Shown in pieces: positions 25,317-29,669 of a DNA stretch of 29,669 bases. The position numbers and the translations under genes are program-made. Source of the DNA: a virus (lineage: Duplodnaviria; Caudoviricetes); IMG/VR virus record IMGVR_UViG_3300025423_000068, positions 1 through 29,669 of that record. The stretch is one strand, 5' to 3'. Position 1 is the stretch's first letter. Each line of letters opens with the position of its first letter. A model generated the notes under the pieces. The model saw only the letters and a program-made list of their open reading frames with translations. It was not told the origin of the DNA and ran no database searches.

Positions 25317-27977
25317 TCAGTTTTGTATTACTTTACATGTAAAGCACGCACTTGAATCTGCTTCAACAAGGTCATAATATTCTCCGCAATTACCATCTGC
25401 ATAAAGATTATACAATGTAGCGTGGTCGTCTTCAGCTTGACATTCACAAGTAGTACCTAAGAATGTACCCTCTATAGGACATCCACCACTTGGGTTGTAA
25501 TCTGGATTTGCAGGGCAGCTCGAGTCATTTGGGTATGTAATTGTTGCAGTAGTACAATCACCGTTAGCTACTATATTAACAGTTGTTTCATACTCATCTG
25601 TTGTGTTGCCTGGAGAGTTACAAGCTTTATAAAGTAAAGTACCTTCTGAAGGGCATGATTCTGTAGGTGGGCAGTGAACGCAATCTGTACCTAAACTACC
25701 ACCATCGTAAACACCGCACATACCATCGTTGTATGTAACGAATCTTTCACCGCAAGAAGTAGGTGAAGAATAAGAACATGCATAATTATACACACTACCT
25801 GCAGAAGGACATCCCGGATTTACACCGCAACTTGATTCATTATCGTTAGTAACGGTATATGTACCGCAATTTCCATCAGCGTATGTGATAACCTGATTTT
25901 GATAAGGTTGAGATGTGTTATTAGGATCTACGCAAGTTACACTTAACTGAGTACCGCTTGAAGGGCATGGTGTGGGTGTTGGTGGTGGTGGTGGTGGTGT
26001 AGATGTTGGGGCAGGGGTAGGCGTTGGAGTTGCTACATTATAACACCCAGCAGTAAGGACTGCAATCGGCCCTGGATAAGCACCTAATTGACCATCAGAT
26101 GGGGTCCAAGTAGTATTTTTAGAAGATCGATCCCCGAACGTTCCATCACCACCCCATTCAAAATACGCAGGCGATGGGCCGCAATCAAAAATACCTGGTG
26201 CTGATATAGAAACTGAATCTATAATTGATTTTTCATATGGGCCTCGTGCTGAACTACCATTAATTTGATAACGATACCAGTCTGCAGGAGGTGGTGTTGG
26301 TGTAGGTGTTGGTGCTGGTGTTGTATAACCTGGGTTAGTACCACAACCAAGATAACCTGCGTTAGGATAATTAATAACATATGTACCGCAACTACCGTTA
26401 GCAAATACGTTATGTTGTGTTAAATACTGATCTGTAGAGTTACCTGGATCTATACAAGATTGAGATATAAGTGTGCCGTTTGATGGACATGGCGTAGGTG
26501 TTGGTGTTGGTGTTACGTAAAAACTATTCGGTCCGCAAGTACTATCATTATAAGTTGTTGCAGTATTATATGTACCGCACTTACCGTCGGCGTATATATT
26601 GTATCTTGTTTGATATTGGTTTTCTGGATGGGAGCTATCATTTAAGCAGGTATTACCTACATATTGACCATAAGATGGACAAGGTGTTGGTAGCGCAGGA
26701 CAACGACTGTCATTTGGATAAGAAATTGTATATGTATTACATCTACCTCTTGCCGGATCGTAAGTTCCGTCATAATAAGAAACAGAGTATTCACCGAGGA
26801 TACCATACCCTGTATATGTACATCCACCGTGTCCTACTGGTGTACCATCAGCAGGGCATGGATTACCTGTAGGGGTCGGTGTGGGAGGGACTGGCGTGGC
26901 AGTTGGGGTAGGGGTAGGTGTGTACGTCGGTGGTGGTGGTGTAGGAGTAGGTGGTACTGGTGTTGGGGTAGGAGTGCGTGTTACGTAAGCCGGACAGCGA
27001 GAATCACTTGTACTTGTTGCAGTAAATGTACCACACGCACCATCAGCATATGTAGCAGTATAATTACCTAATTGTGTTGAATCGCTATAATAACATGTAC
27101 CTGAACCTATTTGTGTGCCGTATGCAGGACATGGTGTTAAGGTAGGGGTAGGTGTGTACGTCGGTGGTGGTGGTGGTGGTGTAAATGTTGGGGTAGGGGT
27201 AGGTGTGTACGTCGGTGGTGGCGGTGTAAATGTTGGGGTAGGGGTAGGTGTGTACGTCGGTGGTGGTGGTGTAAATGTTGGGGTAGGGGTAGGTGTGTAC
27301 GTCGGTGGTGGTGGTGTAAATGTTGGGGTAGGGGTAGGGGTATAAGTCGGACGAGGTGTTGGAGTTGGTGTTGGTGTTGGAGTCGGGGTAGGAGTAGGTA
27401 TATATGGTAAGTTTGGCTTAACACCCTCATCAGATAATAAATCAGATGAATTAAAAAATACTAACTGCCCTTGTGATCCAGACTTAATACCTTCTGCTAC
27501 TATAAATTGATTGTTGTTAGTACCCCACGCTCTGTTTTTAACTAAATGTAAACTATTAAATACGTAGTTATTACCGGGTGAAACCGGGTTAGCTACTAAC
27601 CAAGGTGTATATACAACAGGTATTAACGTATAGCGTATTGCTTGAAGACTTGGGAATAATACTGCAGATATAGAAACTGTATTAACTGTTTCACCGCTTG
27701 CTGAATTATAAAATGTGTGAGAAAAATTACTTCTACTATCAGTATATTGAGTGCTACCAGTTAAAGCGTCTTGTAATGTACTATAACTATAATTCCTCGT
27801 TACAACTGTTGTTTTCTGTGTAGCTTGTTCAAAAATACTATAAGATATGTTACCAATAATGTTTTTACCAAGATTAATAGCGCTTGGTTGAAATACTATT
27901 GTAAAAGGAGCATTACCGGTAATTGTTGCAGCACCACCTAAGTCAGAAAGAGGAAATGTATATGTGGTTAGTGACAT
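25317..27977 (-). CDS. Putative virion fibre/adhesin with mucin-like Pro/Thr stalks and eight Cys-rich repeats
   Basis: TYTPTPTPTFTPPPP tandem repeats; eight CPxxG...C...(A/N)DGxCGTY...C units; start overlaps the upstream stop (TAATG). Confidence 0.8.
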   Translation of the reverse strand: MSLTTYTFPLSDLGGAATITGNAPFTIVFQPSAINLGKNIIGNISYSIFEQATQKTTVVTRNYSYSTLQDALTGSTQYTDSRSNFSHTFYNSASGETVNTVSISAVLFPSLQAIRYTLIPVVYTPWLVANPVSPGNNYVFNSLHLVKNRAWGTNNNQFIVAEGIKSGSQGQLVFFNSSDLLSDEGVKPNLPYIPTPTPTPTPTPTPTPRPTYTPTPTPTFTPPPPTYTPTPTPTFTPPPPTYTPTPTPTFTPPPPTYTPTPTPTFTPPPPPPTYTPTPTLTPCPAYGTQIGSGTCYYSDSTQLGNYTATYADGACGTFTATSTSDSRCPAYVTRTPTPTPVPPTPTPPPPTYTPTPTPTATPVPPTPTPTGNPCPADGTPVGHGGCTYTGYGILGEYSVSYYDGTYDPARGRCNTYTISYPNDSRCPALPTPCPSYGQYVGNTCLNDSSHPENQYQTRYNIYADGKCGTYNTATTYNDSTCGPNSFYVTPTPTPTPCPSNGTLISQSCIDPGNSTDQYLTQHNVFANGSCGTYVINYPNAGYLGCGTNPGYTTPAPTPTPTPPPADWYRYQINGSSARGPYEKSIIDSVSISAPGIFDCGPSPAYFEWGGDGTFGDRSSKNTTWTPSDGQLGAYPGPIAVLTAGCYNVATPTPTPAPTSTPPPPPPTPTPCPSSGTQLSVTCVDPNNTSQPYQNQVITYADGNCGTYTVTNDNESSCGVNPGCPSAGSVYNYACSYSSPTSCGERFVTYNDGMCGVYDGGSLGTDCVHCPPTESCPSEGTLLYKACNSPGNTTDEYETTVNIVANGDCTTATITYPNDSSCPANPDYNPSGGCPIEGTFLGTTCECQAEDDHATLYNLYADGNCGEYYDLVEADSSACFTCKVIQN
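27141..27345. repeat. 45-bp coding tandem repeat, about 4.5 near-identical copies (TYTPTPTPTFTPPPP)
   Basis: gtaaatgttggggtaggggtagg recurs at 27181, 27226, 27271 and 27316; a partial dispersed copy lies at about 26902-26940. Confidence 0.95.
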
Positions 27978-29476
27978 TAGCTTGGTGTTACTTTATAAGT
28001 TATTAAATTGAGTTTCTGGCTCGTATCAAAGAAAGATACAAACGCGACTATATACTTATTGGTATCTTTATTGTAACAAAACACCGGATTCTCCATATAC
28101 GATACCTTACCCGCTGGATACACATATTCTACATACGTTTCCGCATATAAACTATTAGTTGGATATATTTTTACTCTTTCCCGTGGGTTGTTAAGATCTA
28201 ATTCATATAGTACCGGCACAATAACACTTGAAAGACCGCTTGTACTGATTAGCGAACCTGCTTTACCTGTAAATGTGGAGGAAAGAACTGTACAAATTGT
28301 TATAGTCTTATTATTTGAATCATACCAGTTACCACCATAAAAGACTTGCGCGGTAGGGCTTAAATTACCAATACCAGTACTAAATCCTAATGTTGATATA
28401 GGAGAAGAAGATGTAATACCAAGTGTTAGAGGTAAAAAGTTCTGTAACGAATTACCAATACTAAAAGTGTTGTAATCAAATACTATCTTTTCGTATAAAA
28501 CTTTATTTGTAAGCTGTATAATTAAAGTATCAAAAAATACTTCAAAATTTATTATGTTATTGTTTATTAACTGATTGTATGTAATAGTATCGTTTATATA
28601 ATTGGTATAAACCGAATTTAATGCTACAGGGCCAGTAGAAATAGTACTATCAATAGTCTTTACCCATAAATTACCAATAGCGTTTGCATCTTGATAGAAA
28701 GAATGAGGTGAACTTTGAGGTTTGTATAAAGCATATTGATTACCAAATACATCAGTGTTCCAGGCATATAATGCAGAGCCTGGTGTATAGAGTAAGTTTA
28801 AGATTTTAGAATTTAAATCAAAATAACCTATATTTGTTAATTGTGTGGCTGAATTAGTAACAGACCAGGTTTGTTTCTCTGGACCTGTAAAGAATTCGAA
28901 ATCATAACGTGCATTTATTACACCATTACTATCTGTTTTGAGTGTTTCAAATGCCGATTGGTAAGGTATAAACTTTTGATATGTATCGGAATTGACTATA
29001 TTACCATCAAAATAATCAGATGTATTGGTAGATTTTACCCAGTTAATATCAACTGTGTGGTTAATGATATTATCTTGGTCCTTTTGGGTTAATCCACGGC
29101 CTTTATTATATTTCGATGGATCTATGAACTTGTACGCAGAACCATTTTTAATCTGTGTTACATCTAAGCTATATACTATGTTTTTGGTAAGATAGATTGA
29201 AGCACCTAAATTACTCGGGGTGAAATATCCACCTAACTGGCCAGATGTTTTAATTCCATCATTATCATAGGGTAACGTAGCTACTGTAGGGTAGTATCTA
29301 TTACTTAAATTAGCATACGGGGCAAGTGCTATAACACTTGAAGACACTACCCCACTATTAGTACCAGATAAAACATATTCATTATTCGCTAAATACTTTT
29401 GAGATAAAGCATTTAGATAAGAATTTATTTGATCTGCAGTAGTAAAACTATCTACGACTGTTATACCATTGGCCAT
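27977..29476 (-). CDS. Putative virion structural protein
   Basis: 499 aa, Ser/Thr/Asn/Tyr-rich, WNTDVFGNQYALYK segment; TAAATA (29491-29486) upstream; coupled to the fibre-like gene. Confidence 0.75.
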   Translation of the reverse strand: MANGITVVDSFTTADQINSYLNALSQKYLANNEYVLSGTNSGVVSSSVIALAPYANLSNRYYPTVATLPYDNDGIKTSGQLGGYFTPSNLGASIYLTKNIVYSLDVTQIKNGSAYKFIDPSKYNKGRGLTQKDQDNIINHTVDINWVKSTNTSDYFDGNIVNSDTYQKFIPYQSAFETLKTDSNGVINARYDFEFFTGPEKQTWSVTNSATQLTNIGYFDLNSKILNLLYTPGSALYAWNTDVFGNQYALYKPQSSPHSFYQDANAIGNLWVKTIDSTISTGPVALNSVYTNYINDTITYNQLINNNIINFEVFFDTLIIQLTNKVLYEKIVFDYNTFSIGNSLQNFLPLTLGITSSSPISTLGFSTGIGNLSPTAQVFYGGNWYDSNNKTITICTVLSSTFTGKAGSLISTSGLSSVIVPVLYELDLNNPRERVKIYPTNSLYAETYVEYVYPAGKVSYMENPVFCYNKDTNKYIVAFVSFFDTSQKLNLITYKVTPS

Positions 29477-29532
29477 TAATGTTATTATTTATCATCAAGA
29501 TATTAACTGCCAACCACTTATTTACAGGTTTA

Positions 29533-29667
29533 TTAACAGCCGCATGTTCCCGGTACATATGTTACACTGTTTGTTGTGTACCAACCATCATAACTCGTAG
29601 TTGATGAACCGTGCCAATCAGATGCATAGGCAGCAAAGTTAACATTAGCGTTTGCATACAGTCCGCA
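29533..29667 (-). CDS. 3' end of a gene running off the window (...CGLYANANVNFAAYASDWHGSSTTSYDGWYTTNSVTYVPGTCGC)
   Basis: Open minus-strand frame from the window edge to TAA at 29535-29533; composition resembles the neighbouring structural proteins. Confidence 0.6.
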   Translation of the reverse strand, partial: CGLYANANVNFAAYASDWHGSSTTSYDGWYTTNSVTYVPGTCGC

Positions 29668-29669
29668 TA

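Noticed and set aside
27141-27345. CRISPR array or DGR template/variable repeat
   Set aside because: In-frame coding tandem repeat without spacers; differences are not adenine-specific and there is no reverse transcriptase in the window.
3030-29092. Short shadow ORFs in the track (3030, 4083, 4759, 5977, 7655, 8588, 9989, 11377, 11581, 12698, 14800, 15328, 15580, 18729, 22960, 26219, 26498, 26829, 27115, 27137, 28871)
   Set aside because: Each lies antisense or out of frame within a better-supported gene and has no motifs; the His-rich and Gly/Val-rich ones are alternative readings of the Pro/Thr repeat.
1-29669. Stop-codon reassignment (code 15 or 4), as seen in some large phages
   Set aside because: Genes up to 1324 aa are intact and coding density is near complete under code 11; TGA and one TAG serve as plausible stops.
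1-29669. Eukaryotic giant virus or cellular origin (FCP1-like phosphatase, mucin-like repeats)
   Set aside because: Bacterial sigma70-type promoters, intrinsic terminators, overlapping stop/start coupling and T4-like late motifs favour a bacteriophage, although no capsid or terminase gene is in the window to prove it.

Overview
AT-rich (roughly one-third GC by eye), densely coding fragment that reads as part of a large tailed-phage genome with T4-like transcription signals. No host housekeeping operons, rRNA, tRNA, CRISPR array, reverse transcriptase or integrase were found. The left two-thirds (1-17.9 kb) is an accessory region of short, mostly minus-strand genes. It includes a class III adenylate cyclase (5' truncated), a flavin-dependent tryptophan-halogenase-like enzyme, an FCP1-type HAD phosphatase, a free-standing GIY-YIG endonuclease, three glycosyltransferase-like genes, an APS-kinase/HxGH-nucleotidyltransferase fusion, a DenV-like (MSMEG_6728 family) glycosylase, two zincin-like proteins and several small membrane proteins. 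The right third (17.9-29.7 kb) holds four large Ser/Thr-rich putative virion (tail/baseplate/fibre) proteins with LamG, PKD, NHL, InlB-B-like, Pro/Thr-repeat and Cys-repeat modules. Two promoter classes recur: sigma70-like TTGNNN-N16(17,18)-(T/C)ANNNT, and late-type TAAATA a few nt before start codons, so many mRNAs appear leaderless. The most unusual non-coding signals are a promoter- and boxA-led, GC-rich structured ~170-nt candidate ncRNA at about 14455-14628 (minus strand) and a terminator-like hairpin whose loop holds G-rich 10-nt tandem repeats (11865-11930). All family assignments come from motif recognition by eye; no searches were run.
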